From positions 171,071 to 235,070 of the forward strand of contig CAVQOB010000006.1 of the NCBI GenBank assembly GCA_963714325.1: 64,000 nt of DNA. The letters are read 5' to 3'. Positions 50,051 through 60,044 of this stretch are shown in pieces. Within the stretch, counting starts at the first letter, position 1, and every line of letters starts with the position of its first letter. This stretch comes from an uncultured Alphaproteobacteria bacterium (GTDB lineage Bacteria; Pseudomonadota; Alphaproteobacteria; Rhizobiales; Hyphomicrobiaceae). The notes below the pieces were generated by a model. That model was not told the origin of the DNA. It did not search any database and saw only the letters and a list, made by a program, of their open reading frames with translations. The translations under genes were made by a program, and so were the position numbers.

Positions 50051-51238
50051 ATGAGCCTCGCCGTCTGCCGCGAATGCTTCACCATCGCCGACATGCCAGC
50101 CACCGGCTGCAGTCGCTGCGGCGCCGCGCGCATCGTCTTCCACGATGAACTTGAAACGCTCGACATCGCCCACGTCGACTGCGATGCCTTCTATGCCTCG
50201 GTTGAGAAACGCGACAACCCCGCATTGCGCGACAAGCCACTGCTCGTCGGCCATCCCGGTGGCCGTGGCGTCGTCACCACCGCCTGTTACATCGCTCGCA
50301 AATTCGGCCCGCGCTCGGCGATGCCGATGTTCAAAGCTATCCAGCTCTGCCCTGATGCTGTGATCATCCCACCAAACATGGCGAAGTATAAAGCTGTCAG
50401 CCACGACATCCGCGAGATCTTCGCGTCCATTTCCGATTGCATCGAGCCGATTTCGCTCGATGAAGCCTACATTGACCTCTCGCCGGCCCATGCCGTCAGC
50501 GGCCGCACCCCACCGGTCGCACTCGCCGAAGCCGCCGCCCGCATCGCGCGCGAACTGCGCATCACCGTGTCGGCGGGCCTCTCCTACAACAAATTTCTCG
50601 CCAAACTCGCCTCCGACCTCCAGAAGCCGAATGGTTTCTCGGTCATCGGCCGGGCGGAAGCCCGCGACTTCGTCGCCGGCCTTCCCGTCGGGAAAATTCA
50701 TGGCGTTGGCCACGCCACTGCCGAGCGCATGGCCGTCGACGGCTTCGAAATGGTTTCCGACCTCCAGGTCGTCAATAGAGCCGAGTTGATCGCTCGTTAC
50801 GGTAAGTTTGGCCGCCGCCTCGCCATGTTTGTCAACGGCGAAGACGACCGCGCCGTCACCCCCGAGCGGCCAACCAAAAGCATTTCCGCCGAAAACACAT
50901 TCAGCACCGACACTGGCCGCTACAGCGACCTGATGGCCGAGGTCGGTCCACTCTGCGATCGTGTCGCCGAACGCATGCGCCGCAACGGTCTTGCCGGTCG
51001 CGCAGTCGTCTTGAAACTCAAGACATCCGATTTCAAGAACTTGACCCGCAGCCGGCAACTCAAAACGCCAACACAGCGTGCCGAAGTGCTGCTCGAACAG
51101 GCCCAGATTTTGGTCGACAAGGAAGCCGACGGTCGCACGTTTCGGCTGATCGGCATCGGCGTTGCCGACCTGACGCCCGCTGCAGAGGCCGACCCGCCGG
51201 ATCTGTTTTCCAGCGCCGCAACCGGCACGGACCTATAG
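50051..51238 (+). CDS. dinB: DNA polymerase IV with N-terminal CxxC-N10-CxxC extension
   Basis: IAHVDCDAFYASVEKRDNP is the Y-family core. It is preceded by MSLAVCRECFTIADMPATGCSRCG. AGGGGA SD before ATG 50051. Confidence 0.92.
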   Translation: MSLAVCRECFTIADMPATGCSRCGAARIVFHDELETLDIAHVDCDAFYASVEKRDNPALRDKPLLVGHPGGRGVVTTACYIARKFGPRSAMPMFKAIQLCPDAVIIPPNMAKYKAVSHDIREIFASISDCIEPISLDEAYIDLSPAHAVSGRTPPVALAEAAARIARELRITVSAGLSYNKFLAKLASDLQKPNGFSVIGRAEARDFVAGLPVGKIHGVGHATAERMAVDGFEMVSDLQVVNRAELIARYGKFGRRLAMFVNGEDDRAVTPERPTKSISAENTFSTDTGRYSDLMAEVGPLCDRVAERMRRNGLAGRAVVLKLKTSDFKNLTRSRQLKTPTQRAEVLLEQAQILVDKEADGRTFRLIGIGVADLTPAAEADPPDLFSSAATGTDL

Positions 51239-52789
51239 CACCGCCTCGATCAGGAACGGTCCCTTTCGCGACACTGCAGCCTGTAAGGCCGCTGCATAGT
51301 CTTCTGCCGTCGAAACCTTCTTGCCCTCGACACCCATCCCCTTGGCCATCTGCACCCAATCGAGTGCTGGATTGTCGATATCCAGCATCCGCCGCGCATT
51401 CCGCCCGGGTTCACCGGCGCCGACATTTTTCAATTCATTGTGCAGAATGGCGTAGGAGCGGTTCGAAAAAATCGTCACCACAGCATCGAGATTTTCCCGC
51501 GCCAGCGTCCACAACGCCTGTACCGTATACATGCCGCTGCCGTCCGCTTGCAGGCCGATGACCTTGCGATCGGGGCACGCAACTGCCGCGCCAACCGTCA
51601 TCGGCAAGCCGAGCCCGATGGCGCCGCCCGTCAGCTGCAGATAATCGTGCGGCGGCGTGGTGCGGGTAAAGTTGAAGAGATTGCGTCCCGACGTGACACT
51701 CTCATCGCAGATGATCGCATTGTCCGGCATTAGCGCTGCAACGGCCGTCGCAATGGCGTCGGGTGTCAGCTTGCCGGTGAGCAACGGCGGGCGCTTCAGC
51801 TCAGCAACCGTTGTCTTGGCCTGGCTGTTGATGCGCAACTCGTCGGCAAGCCAGCTGAGTGCGTGGTTGAGGTCTTCGTCTCGATCGGCGAGCGTGATGA
51901 TGGTGCAGCCGGGTGGTGTCATGACGCTTGGCTTGCCGGGATAGGCGAAGAACCCGACTGGTGGCTTGGCACCGACGGTGATCATGACCTCGACGTCCTT
52001 GAGTAGTGCGATGGCCTGATCGATCGGATAGGGAACGCGCTCAATCACCACGCGGCCAGCGCCACGCTCGATCCGCTTGTTCGCTTGCTGGGCCAGGATG
52101 CGAACGCCCGTCGCCTCGGCGATCCGACCGGCCGTCTTTAAGGCGTCACAGCGCAATGCCACATCGGACAGCAGCAGCACGACGCGCTTGTTCGCCCGGA
52201 TCGCTTCGGCGGCTTTGCGCACCTTCTCAGGTGCTGCCTGTTTGCGTTCCGCGCGTGGGGCAATTGTGGCGATACCGCTCGGCGCTGGATTCCAGGCCGC
52301 ATCCGCCGGTAGGATCAGCGTCGCAATCTGCCCCGGAGGTGCCGTCGCCACTGCGATCGCCCGCGCTGCATCCTCGGACACGTCTTCCGCGCGCTTGGTC
52401 GTGTTCACCCAATGCGACATTGGCCGCGCCAGCATTTCGATATCCGTGGTCAGCGGCGCATCATGCTGCAGATGGTACGTCGCATGATCGCCAACCACGT
52501 TGATCATCGGCGAGTTCGCGCGCCGGGCGTTGTGAATATTGGCAAGACCATTGGTCAGGCCCGGCCCTGTATGCAGCAGCGTCACCGCTGGCTTGTCCGC
52601 CATCCGGGCATAGCCATCTGCCGCTCCTGTCACCACCCCCTCAAACAGTCCAAGCACACACCGCATGGCGGGCTTGCGATCGAGTGCCGCCACAAAGTGC
52701 ATCTCCGACGTCCCGGGATTGGCGAAGCATGTATCCACCCCGCCCGCCAGCAGCGTCTCGCACAAAGCGTCCGCACCGTTCCTGGTCAT
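51233..52789 (-). CDS. thiamine pyrophosphate-dependent enzyme (acetolactate synthase large subunit-like)
   Basis: GADALCETLLAGGVDTCFANPGTSEMHF, GPGLTNGLANIHNA, and a C-terminal TPP-binding GDGS region. Confidence 0.85.
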   Translation of the reverse strand: MTRNGADALCETLLAGGVDTCFANPGTSEMHFVAALDRKPAMRCVLGLFEGVVTGAADGYARMADKPAVTLLHTGPGLTNGLANIHNARRANSPMINVVGDHATYHLQHDAPLTTDIEMLARPMSHWVNTTKRAEDVSEDAARAIAVATAPPGQIATLILPADAAWNPAPSGIATIAPRAERKQAAPEKVRKAAEAIRANKRVVLLLSDVALRCDALKTAGRIAEATGVRILAQQANKRIERGAGRVVIERVPYPIDQAIALLKDVEVMITVGAKPPVGFFAYPGKPSVMTPPGCTIITLADRDEDLNHALSWLADELRINSQAKTTVAELKRPPLLTGKLTPDAIATAVAALMPDNAIICDESVTSGRNLFNFTRTTPPHDYLQLTGGAIGLGLPMTVGAAVACPDRKVIGLQADGSGMYTVQALWTLARENLDAVVTIFSNRSYAILHNELKNVGAGEPGRNARRMLDIDNPALDWVQMAKGMGVEGKKVSTAEDYAAALQAAVSRKGPFLIEAVL

Positions 52790-52928
52790 GTTGTTTCGTC
52801 CCCGGGCATTATGGCATTCCGCCACGTGTCGCGTGTGGTGACTGGACTATGACATCGACAGTTCGCAACTGACCAGTCCCGGTATGCACGCCTCGCATGC
52901 AGTCTTGCAGTGCAAAGCAGTACACCCC

Positions 52929-54122
52929 TCAATAACTGCGCGGCAACTTGAGAATGTGCTGGGCGATATATGCCAGCACCATATTCGTCGAGATCGGCGC
53001 GGTTTGATAGAGCCGCGTCTCCCGCCATTTGCGCTCGATACCGTACTCGCGAGCGTAGCCGAAGCCGCCGTAGGTTTGCAGGCAGGCTTCCGCCGCTTTC
53101 CACGACGCATCGGCGGCGAGCATTTTGCCCATGTTGGCTTCGGCGCCGCAATCACGCCCCGCCTCATATAATGCTGCCGCTTTCGCGACCATCAGCTCGG
53201 CGGCGGCCAATTCGGCGTGCGCGCGCGCGATCGGGAATTGCACGCCCTGGTTCTGTCCGATGGGGCGGCCGAACACGACGCGATCGCGGGCGTATTCGCT
53301 AGCTTTTTCGATGAAGTATGTCCCATCGCCCAAACATTCCGCGGCAATCAGGATACGCTCGGCGTTCATGCTGGAGACGATGTACTTGAAGCCTTGGCCT
53401 TCTTCGCCGACGAGATTATCGGCTGGTATTTCGAGGTTGTCGAAAAACACTTCGCAACTGTTGTGATTGATCATCGCGTCAATCGGCTTGATGGCGATGG
53501 TCTTGGCTTTCACGCCGGCTGCGAGGTCGACGAGAAATACAGACAACCCGTCGCTGCGCTTCTTGATCTTGTCGGCGGGCGTCGTGCGCGCCAGCAACAG
53601 CATCAAGTCTGAATGTAACGCGCGGCTGGTCCAGACCTTCTGACCATTGACGATGTAGCGATCGTTGCCTTTTTTCTCGGCGCGGGTCTTGAGTTGTGTC
53701 GTGTCCGAACCCGTCGTTGGCTCGGTAACGCCGAACGCCTGCAGGCGCAGTTTTCCTGACGCGATATTGGGCAGATATTTTTGCTTTTGCTCGGCTGATC
53801 CGTGCCGTAGCACCGTGCCCATTGTGTACATCTGCGCATGACAGGCCGCCGCATTGCAGCCGGTTTCGTGGATCGTCTCGAGGATCGCGCACGCAGCCGA
53901 CAGCGGCAGGCCCGCGCCGCCGAACTCTTCGGGGATTAGCGCCGCAAGATACCCAGCCTCCGTCAGTGCAGCGACGAATTCGGTCGGATATGCAGCGTCA
54001 TGATCGAGGCGCATCCAATAGGCGTTCGGAAATTTCGCGCACACTGCGCGCACGCCTTCGCGGATTTCGGTCCACGTGGGGTTGAGGGGGAGTGCGAGGG
54101 AACCGTCGTTATGTGCGTTCAT
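52929..54122 (-). CDS. acyl-CoA dehydrogenase
   Basis: FGVTEPTTGSDT, GQKVWTS, YGGFGYAREYGIERKWRE. The start is at ATG 54122. Confidence 0.9.
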   Translation of the reverse strand: MNAHNDGSLALPLNPTWTEIREGVRAVCAKFPNAYWMRLDHDAAYPTEFVAALTEAGYLAALIPEEFGGAGLPLSAACAILETIHETGCNAAACHAQMYTMGTVLRHGSAEQKQKYLPNIASGKLRLQAFGVTEPTTGSDTTQLKTRAEKKGNDRYIVNGQKVWTSRALHSDLMLLLARTTPADKIKKRSDGLSVFLVDLAAGVKAKTIAIKPIDAMINHNSCEVFFDNLEIPADNLVGEEGQGFKYIVSSMNAERILIAAECLGDGTYFIEKASEYARDRVVFGRPIGQNQGVQFPIARAHAELAAAELMVAKAAALYEAGRDCGAEANMGKMLAADASWKAAEACLQTYGGFGYAREYGIERKWRETRLYQTAPISTNMVLAYIAQHILKLPRSY

Positions 54123-54187
54123 GGTTTTATGTTCTGCGATTGATTGCGACGATATTGAGCGGACGGATTCGCGCGCCATCCACACTT

Positions 54188-54331
54188 GTCATCCAGCACG
54201 CGGTGCGGCGCGCACCCCGGCGAAGGCCGGGGGCAGTGCTTCTCAGCAGATGCGGGATCTTGTGTGTGAGCGTCTCCTGAGGTCCGGTGTCTGCGCAGCA
54301 GTATTGCATACTGCAGCGCGCATGGGATGAC
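54188..54331. repeat. REP/MITE-like nested-hairpin element (copy C, inverted relative to copy B)
   Basis: Termini GTCATCCAGCACGCG / CGCGCATGGGATGAC. 54188-54261 matches the reverse complement of 33959-34032 at 63 of 74 positions. It is intercistronic, between the enoyl-CoA hydratase and ACAD genes. Confidence 0.7.
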
Positions 54332-54351
54332 AGCTGAGTTTAGCGCCACTG

Positions 54352-55152
54352 TTACCGCCCCTTATAGATAGGCTTGCGCTTTTCGTTGAAGGCGTTGATG
54401 CCTTCCTGGCGGTCTTCGGTTGGGACGGTGCGGTTATAGGCTTCGATTTCGAAGGCGTAACCGGTCGATCGGTCGAGTTCGGTTGCCTTGTCGATGGCTT
54501 TCTTGGCTTGGCGCACGGAGATGGGTGCGTTGGCGGCGATGCGTCGCGCGGTTGCCAGCGCCTCGGCCATGAGCGCTTCGCCCGGCATGATGCGATTGGC
54601 GACGCCCCAGGCCAGCGCATCGGCGGCGCTGAAGGGCGTGCCGGTCAGTATGATTTCCTTGGCTCGGCGGACGCCGACGGCGCGCGGTAAGTTCTGCGTA
54701 CCACCGGCTCCCGGCATGATACCGAGCGTCACTTCGGTCAGGGCGAATTTTGCGTGGACGGCGGCGTAGACAAAATCGCAGGCGAGCGCCAACTCGAGGC
54801 CACCGGCGTAGGCCGCGCCATTGACCGCGGCGATGATCGGAATTGGGCAATCCATCATCGCTTTGATGGTCTGCTCGACAACGGCGTGTTGGCGTCGCCA
54901 GGTGGCGTCCGTCATGCCCTTGCGTTCCTTGAGATCGGCACCGGTGCAGAAGCCGCGCGTTCCTGATCCCGTCAAGATGAGGCAGGCGGCCGCGTCCTGG
55001 TCGACGTAGAAGCCCATGAAGCAATCGCGCAGCTCTTCCATCATGCGCGTGTTCATGGCGTTGAGCGCGTCGGGGCGGTCCATCGTCACGACACCGACTT
55101 TGGCGTCGTCAATGTCAACTGTCAGCGTCTCGTAGGTCTTAGTAATGGACAT
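54352..55152 (-). CDS. enoyl-CoA hydratase/isomerase family protein
   Basis: VVTMDRPDALNAM, GFCTGADLKE, AAVNGAAYAGGLELALACD. Confidence 0.9.
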   Translation of the reverse strand: MSITKTYETLTVDIDDAKVGVVTMDRPDALNAMNTRMMEELRDCFMGFYVDQDAAACLILTGSGTRGFCTGADLKERKGMTDATWRRQHAVVEQTIKAMMDCPIPIIAAVNGAAYAGGLELALACDFVYAAVHAKFALTEVTLGIMPGAGGTQNLPRAVGVRRAKEIILTGTPFSAADALAWGVANRIMPGEALMAEALATARRIAANAPISVRQAKKAIDKATELDRSTGYAFEIEAYNRTVPTEDRQEGINAFNEKRKPIYKGR

Positions 55153-55260
55153 GGGCCGGTTCGCTTCGTCAGGAGTGGACCGATATACCTCCTGACTTGC
55201 CCGGTTCGGGCGCGGATGGCAAGTTGGAGCATTGGATCGACCCACTGGCATCGTACACCC

Positions 55261-56790
55261 ATGAACCTCTCGCTTTCCCTACAAACGATGGCGCGGCAGT
55301 TGCCGGACAGCCCGGCGATTTCGTGGGACGGGGGACGGTTGAGTTACGGGCAGTTTGAGGATCAGGTGGCGCGGATCGCGGGCGCGCTCGTCCAGCGTCA
55401 CGGACTCCAGCGCGGCGATCGCGTGGCCTTGGCGATGGAGAATTGCGGCGAATTCCTCCCTGTGCTCTATGGCATCTGGCGCGCTGGCCTCGCCGCGATC
55501 CCCATCAACAGCAAGCTGCACGGTCGGGAGATCCAGTGGATCGTCGACAACGCCGGCGCCAAGTTGATCATCGCCTCACCGAAACTCGCTGATGCCTTGA
55601 CCGCGACAGGTGTTGCCCTTCCCGCTATCATCGCCACTGGCACACCAGACTTTACCCGCCTGCTCAGCGAGCAGCGCATCGATTATTGCCCGCCCGATTC
55701 GACCGGCGAAGCCTGGCTTTTTTATACCTCCGGCACTACCGGCCGACCGAAAGGCGCGATCCTCACCCATCGCAATCTGCTGTGCGCCGCTATGGCCTAC
55801 ACCGCCGACATCGATTTTCTCGATGAGACCGATGTCTGCCTGCACGCTGCTCCGCTTACGCACGGCTCCGGTCTCTACGCACTGGCCCACATTGCGCGCG
55901 GCAGCCACCAACTGGTGATGGCGAGCTTCGAACCAGCCGCGATCCTGAAAGCCTTTGCGACCCACCGCAACGTCTCCATGTTTGCGGCACCCACGATGGT
56001 CACCCGGCTGGTGCGTCACACAAACGAGCATGGCGGCGACACTACAGGCCTCAAGACGATTATCTACGGTGGGGCGCCGATGTACGTGTCGGACCTGAAG
56101 CAGGCCCTTACGACGTTCGGCCCGAAATTCTATCAGCTCTACGGCCAAGGCGAATCGCCGATGACGATTACCGGCTTGAACAAGCGCATGCACGCCGAAA
56201 CCTCGCACCCGAGATACGAGCAGCGACTCGCTAGCGCCGGCATCGCGCGCCTCGGTTGCGCCTACCGCATCGTCGACGCCCATGGCCGCGACGTGCCCGA
56301 CGGCGAAATCGGCGAGATTATCACGATAAGTGACTGCGTGATGCAAGGCTACTGGAATAATCCTGAAGCCAACGCACGCGCGCTGCGCGGCGGTTGGCTG
56401 TGGACCGGCGATCTCGGATCGCGCGACGCTGACGGGTTCCTAACGTTGAAAGACCGCTCCAAGGACCTGATCATTTCCGGTGGCGCCAACATCTATCCAC
56501 GCGAAATCGAGGACGTACTACTGACCGACGCGCGCGTCCTCGAATGCGCCGTTGTCTCGCGTCCGCACCTCGACTGGGGCGAGGAAGTCATTGCCTATGT
56601 CGTGACAAAACCCGGCAGCGCGCCGCTGGACGAAAAGGCACTTGACCGCCTCTGCCTCGCCAACATCGCCCGCTTCAAGCGCCCGAAAGGCTACCGCTTC
56701 GTCGACACTCTGCCCAAGAACAACTACGGCAAGGTCTTGAAAACGGAATTACGCGCACTGCTGAAGGACGAAACGGGAAGCAATCGCTGA
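55261..56790 (+). CDS. AMP-dependent acyl-CoA synthetase/ligase
   Basis: AMP-binding motif FYTSGTTGRPKGAILTH, WLWTGDLG, SGGANIYPREIE. Confidence 0.88.
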   Translation: MNLSLSLQTMARQLPDSPAISWDGGRLSYGQFEDQVARIAGALVQRHGLQRGDRVALAMENCGEFLPVLYGIWRAGLAAIPINSKLHGREIQWIVDNAGAKLIIASPKLADALTATGVALPAIIATGTPDFTRLLSEQRIDYCPPDSTGEAWLFYTSGTTGRPKGAILTHRNLLCAAMAYTADIDFLDETDVCLHAAPLTHGSGLYALAHIARGSHQLVMASFEPAAILKAFATHRNVSMFAAPTMVTRLVRHTNEHGGDTTGLKTIIYGGAPMYVSDLKQALTTFGPKFYQLYGQGESPMTITGLNKRMHAETSHPRYEQRLASAGIARLGCAYRIVDAHGRDVPDGEIGEIITISDCVMQGYWNNPEANARALRGGWLWTGDLGSRDADGFLTLKDRSKDLIISGGANIYPREIEDVLLTDARVLECAVVSRPHLDWGEEVIAYVVTKPGSAPLDEKALDRLCLANIARFKRPKGYRFVDTLPKNNYGKVLKTELRALLKDETGSNR

Positions 56791-56900
56791 TGGTCTCCGC
56801 GCGATGGCGGCGCGTGCGCCACGCAACGAAGGCGATTGTCAGGTCCCGCAATCAATGCCAACAATTGGGCAAAAAAGCCAAACGGTCTGGGAGGACAGTG

Positions 56901-57887
56901 ATGCTGACGCGACGTCGATTGCTTACAGCGGGTTCGAGTGTGCCGATACTGTCAATTTTATCCCGTGCTGCATCGGCCCAGCAGCCCTGGCCGAAATCGC
57001 CTGTTACGATGATTGTACCGTTTCCGCCGGGTGGGCAGGCGGATCTCGCGGCGCGACCGATCGCAGAGGCACTGCAGCGTATTCTTGGCGTTACGGTGGT
57101 CGTCGAAAATCGCGCTGGCGCAGGCGGGGCGGTCGGCAATGCGGCAGCAGCCAAAGCTGCAGGCGATGGCGCGACGATCCTGATGACGCTGTCGTCGCTG
57201 GCCGTGCTGCCCGAATCTAATCGGATCTTCGATAAGCCGCCATTGTACGAGGTCGATCAGCTGAAACCAATTGCACGCGTGCTCGCCGATCCGACGTTGC
57301 TGGCCGTTCCTGCGTCAGCGCCTTGGAAGTCGGTCGCAGAACTCGTCGAGGATGCGAATAAGCGGCCGGGCGTCATTACCTACGGATCGTCCGGAACCTA
57401 CGGCACGCTGCATGTGTCGATGGAAATGTTCGCGCACGCCGCCGGCATCAAGTTGGTGCATGTTTCCTATCGCGGTGCGGGCCCGGCGTTGAACGATCTC
57501 GTTGGTGGGCAGATCCAGGCGCTGGCGTCGGCGCCGGGCGTGCTCAAGCCGCAGGTCGATGCGGGCAAATTGCGCGTTCTGGCCAATTGGGGAGCCAAGC
57601 GTATCGAGAGTTTCCCCGACACGCCGACGTTCATGGAACTCGGCTACAAGGACGTCGAGTTCTATATCTGGGCCGGGTTGTTCGTGCCCGCCGGATTGCC
57701 TGATGATCTCACCGTGCGGCTGCGCGATACCATGAAGCAGGCGATGGCGGAGGCGGGCGTGCAGAAGATTTTTGCGACCGCTGGCAGTCCGCCCGCCTAT
57801 CTGGATGCGTCTGAGTTTGCTCAATTCGTCAAAGGTGACAGCGCACGGCTGATCGCCGCCGTGCGCAAGATCGGCAAGGTGGAGTAG
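56901..57887 (+). CDS. tripartite tricarboxylate transporter substrate-binding protein (Bug family)
   Basis: Tat-like signal MLTRRRLLTAGS, then VTMIVPFPPGGQADLAARPIAEAL, typical of Bug/TctC. GGGAGGA SD before ATG 56901. No tctA/tctB in the window. Confidence 0.88.
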   Translation: MLTRRRLLTAGSSVPILSILSRAASAQQPWPKSPVTMIVPFPPGGQADLAARPIAEALQRILGVTVVVENRAGAGGAVGNAAAAKAAGDGATILMTLSSLAVLPESNRIFDKPPLYEVDQLKPIARVLADPTLLAVPASAPWKSVAELVEDANKRPGVITYGSSGTYGTLHVSMEMFAHAAGIKLVHVSYRGAGPALNDLVGGQIQALASAPGVLKPQVDAGKLRVLANWGAKRIESFPDTPTFMELGYKDVEFYIWAGLFVPAGLPDDLTVRLRDTMKQAMAEAGVQKIFATAGSPPAYLDASEFAQFVKGDSARLIAAVRKIGKVE

Positions 57888-57992
57888 AGCGCCTTTTCAC
57901 GCGCTTCAGTCGCCCAAACTAGCCTTGTCCGCCATCGGCAGGACCAGCCCGCGCTTTATTCCTTGCGCTTCAGCTGCCCACCAGCAGCCGCG

Positions 57993-58262
57993 CTAATGCA
58001 GCTTGTATTCACTGCCGACGAGACTGATTTCGGCAGGTGAGATCAAGCCGGCATGGGCGACGCGGACCTTGAACAAGGGCCCATGCAGGTTGCGTGCCCA
58101 GAATTCGAGGAACTTGTTAAGTTGCGGAAAGCGAGGGGCGAGGTCGTAGTCCTGCCAGATAAAACTCTGCAGGATCGCCGGATGGTCCGGCATCCGGTAG
58201 AGGATTTCCGCCGTCGTCAGGCTGAAACCTTTGAGTTGCTCGATGAACGCGCTGTCTGCCAT
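57993..58262 (-). CDS. Usg family protein
   Basis: 89 aa with TAEILYRMPDHPAILQSFIWQDYDLAPRFPQLNKFLEFW, typical of Usg-like (PF06233-type) proteins. Confidence 0.7.
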   Translation of the reverse strand: MADSAFIEQLKGFSLTTAEILYRMPDHPAILQSFIWQDYDLAPRFPQLNKFLEFWARNLHGPLFKVRVAHAGLISPAEISLVGSEYKLH

Positions 58263-58478
58263 GCGATCCTCCCTGTGAGTCGGTCATCAGGTGCGACGCA
58301 CACGTTGAAGAATCATACGCTGAAGTTGCGACTAAAGTGTGCAACACTTCGGAAAAATTGTAGGCATCAGTAGCGTTGGCAGCCTCAATTGATTGCTGCT
58401 GGCAAAGTCTCTGGGAGAGCGATCAGATTTTTGTCGCGCTGCTGATCGGAAAACTGGTTCCCACTATTCCGGAAGCGC

Positions 58479-59228
58479 TCAATAAGTCGCGCGGCCGCCG
58501 GAAATGTCGAGTACCTGGCCGGTGGTGAAGGAACAATCGGCGGATGCGGCCCAGGCGATGAGGGCTGCCACCTCCTGCACCTGGACGAAGCGGGCGCGGG
58601 GGATCTTCGACAGCATGAAATCGATATGCGCCTGGGTGATCTGGTCGAAGATCGCCGTCTTGGCGGCAGCCGGCGTGATGGCGTTGACGGAGATGTCATA
58701 GGCAGCCAGTTCCTTGCCGAGCGACTTGGTCATGCCGATCAATGCCGCCTTCGACGCCGAGTAGGGCGATGCGTTGGGATTGCCTTCCTTGCCGGCGATG
58801 GACGCGATATTGACGATGCGGCCGTAATTCTGCGCGATCATGCCGGGGATGACGGCCTGACAGCAGTTGAACGGCCCTTCCAAATTGACGCGCATCGTCG
58901 ACTGCAGGTCTGTGAGCTTGACCTCCCAGAGTTTCGCGGTCGGTCCCGCGATACCGGCATTGTTGACCAGGATGTCGATGCGGCCGAACGCTTTGAGTGT
59001 CGCATCGCGCGCGGCGACGACGGACTTCGGGTCGGTTACGTCGCAAGGAACGGCAAGCGCATCGGGTCCCAGTTCCTTGGCGGTCTTTTCGGCGAATTTG
59101 GCGTCCATGTCCCACAGCGCGACCTTGGCGCCGGAAGCAATGAAGCGCTCAGCCGATGCGCGGCCAATGCCCTGCGCGCCGCCGGTGATGGCCGCAATGC
59201 GGCCATTTAGGTCGATTGTGTTTGCCAT
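58479..59228 (-). CDS. SDR family oxidoreductase (FabG-like)
   Basis: ITGGAQGIG Rossmann motif, NNAG, YSASKAAL catalytic YxxxK. AGGAGA SD. Confidence 0.9.
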   Translation of the reverse strand: MANTIDLNGRIAAITGGAQGIGRASAERFIASGAKVALWDMDAKFAEKTAKELGPDALAVPCDVTDPKSVVAARDATLKAFGRIDILVNNAGIAGPTAKLWEVKLTDLQSTMRVNLEGPFNCCQAVIPGMIAQNYGRIVNIASIAGKEGNPNASPYSASKAALIGMTKSLGKELAAYDISVNAITPAAAKTAIFDQITQAHIDFMLSKIPRARFVQVQEVAALIAWAASADCSFTTGQVLDISGGRATY

Positions 59229-59405
59229 GGTGATGTATTCTCCTGGATGCGATGCCTTCGCTTCGCGATTGGGACCAGCCCCAGCCGCCGCCAGCGGGAC
59301 GTCCTATCGCTTGAACGTTCGCGTTCGGGCCGTACTGCCCGTCTTTTGGGCGATTTATTTGTGGCTGGCTATGGCGAACTGCGCAGTACTGGTGTGCCGT
59401 TGCCG

Positions 59406-60044
59406 TCAATTCGGAAAGCGCCGCTTGATTTCGGCGATTTCGTCGGGTGAAAGAAGGCGCAATTTTTCGTGTCTCAGCATCAGATAAAGGCGGGCGGTTT
59501 CTTCCAATTCCTCGATGGCATCGGTGGCGGCAGCAAGAGTGGTGCCGGCGACCACCGGGCCATGATTGGCGAGCAGAATGGCGTGGTGTTCTGCGGCCAG
59601 GACGCCGACGGCTTGCGCCAGTTTTTCATCTCCGGGCGGGAAATAGGGCGCCAATGCCAGCGCGCCGACGCGCATGATGGAATAGGCCGTCATCGGCGGC
59701 AGGACATTCACAGGGTCCAATCCGTGCAGGCACGAGACTGCAACCGAATGCGTGGAATGGAGGTGCACGACGGCGCCGGCCTTTGGACGCTTGGCGTACA
59801 TCGTCGCGTGCAGAAAGGCTTCCTTGGTTGGCTTGTCGCCGCTGAGCAGCGTGCCGCTTGCATCGAGACGCGACAATCGCGTGGGATCGAGCGTGCCGAG
59901 GGACGATCCCGTCGGCGTCATCAACCACCCGCCGTCGTCAAGCCGCACCGAGATGTTACCGGTCGAGCCATGCGTCAGGCCGCGGCTGAACAGCGATGCG
60001 CCTGTTGTGCAGATGGCGTCGCGGCTTTTTGATTCGCCACTCAC
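59406..60044 (-). CDS. otnC: class II aldolase/adducin family protein (3-oxo-tetronate 4-phosphate decarboxylase-like)
   Basis: GLTHGSTGNISVRL and VVHLHS motifs. The GTG start overlaps the stop of the upstream kinase (GTGA) and has a GGGAGAAG SD. The otnC call rests on pairing with a DUF1537 kinase. Confidence 0.7.
   Translation of the reverse strand: MSGESKSRDAICTTGASLFSRGLTHGSTGNISVRLDDGGWLMTPTGSSLGTLDPTRLSRLDASGTLLSGDKPTKEAFLHATMYAKRPKAGAVVHLHSTHSVAVSCLHGLDPVNVLPPMTAYSIMRVGALALAPYFPPGDEKLAQAVGVLAAEHHAILLANHGPVVAGTTLAAATDAIEELEETARLYLMLRHEKLRLLSPDEIAEIKRRFPN

Noticed and set aside
50021-51058. 345-aa minus-strand ORF
   Set aside because: It is antisense to dinB and is a shadow ORF.
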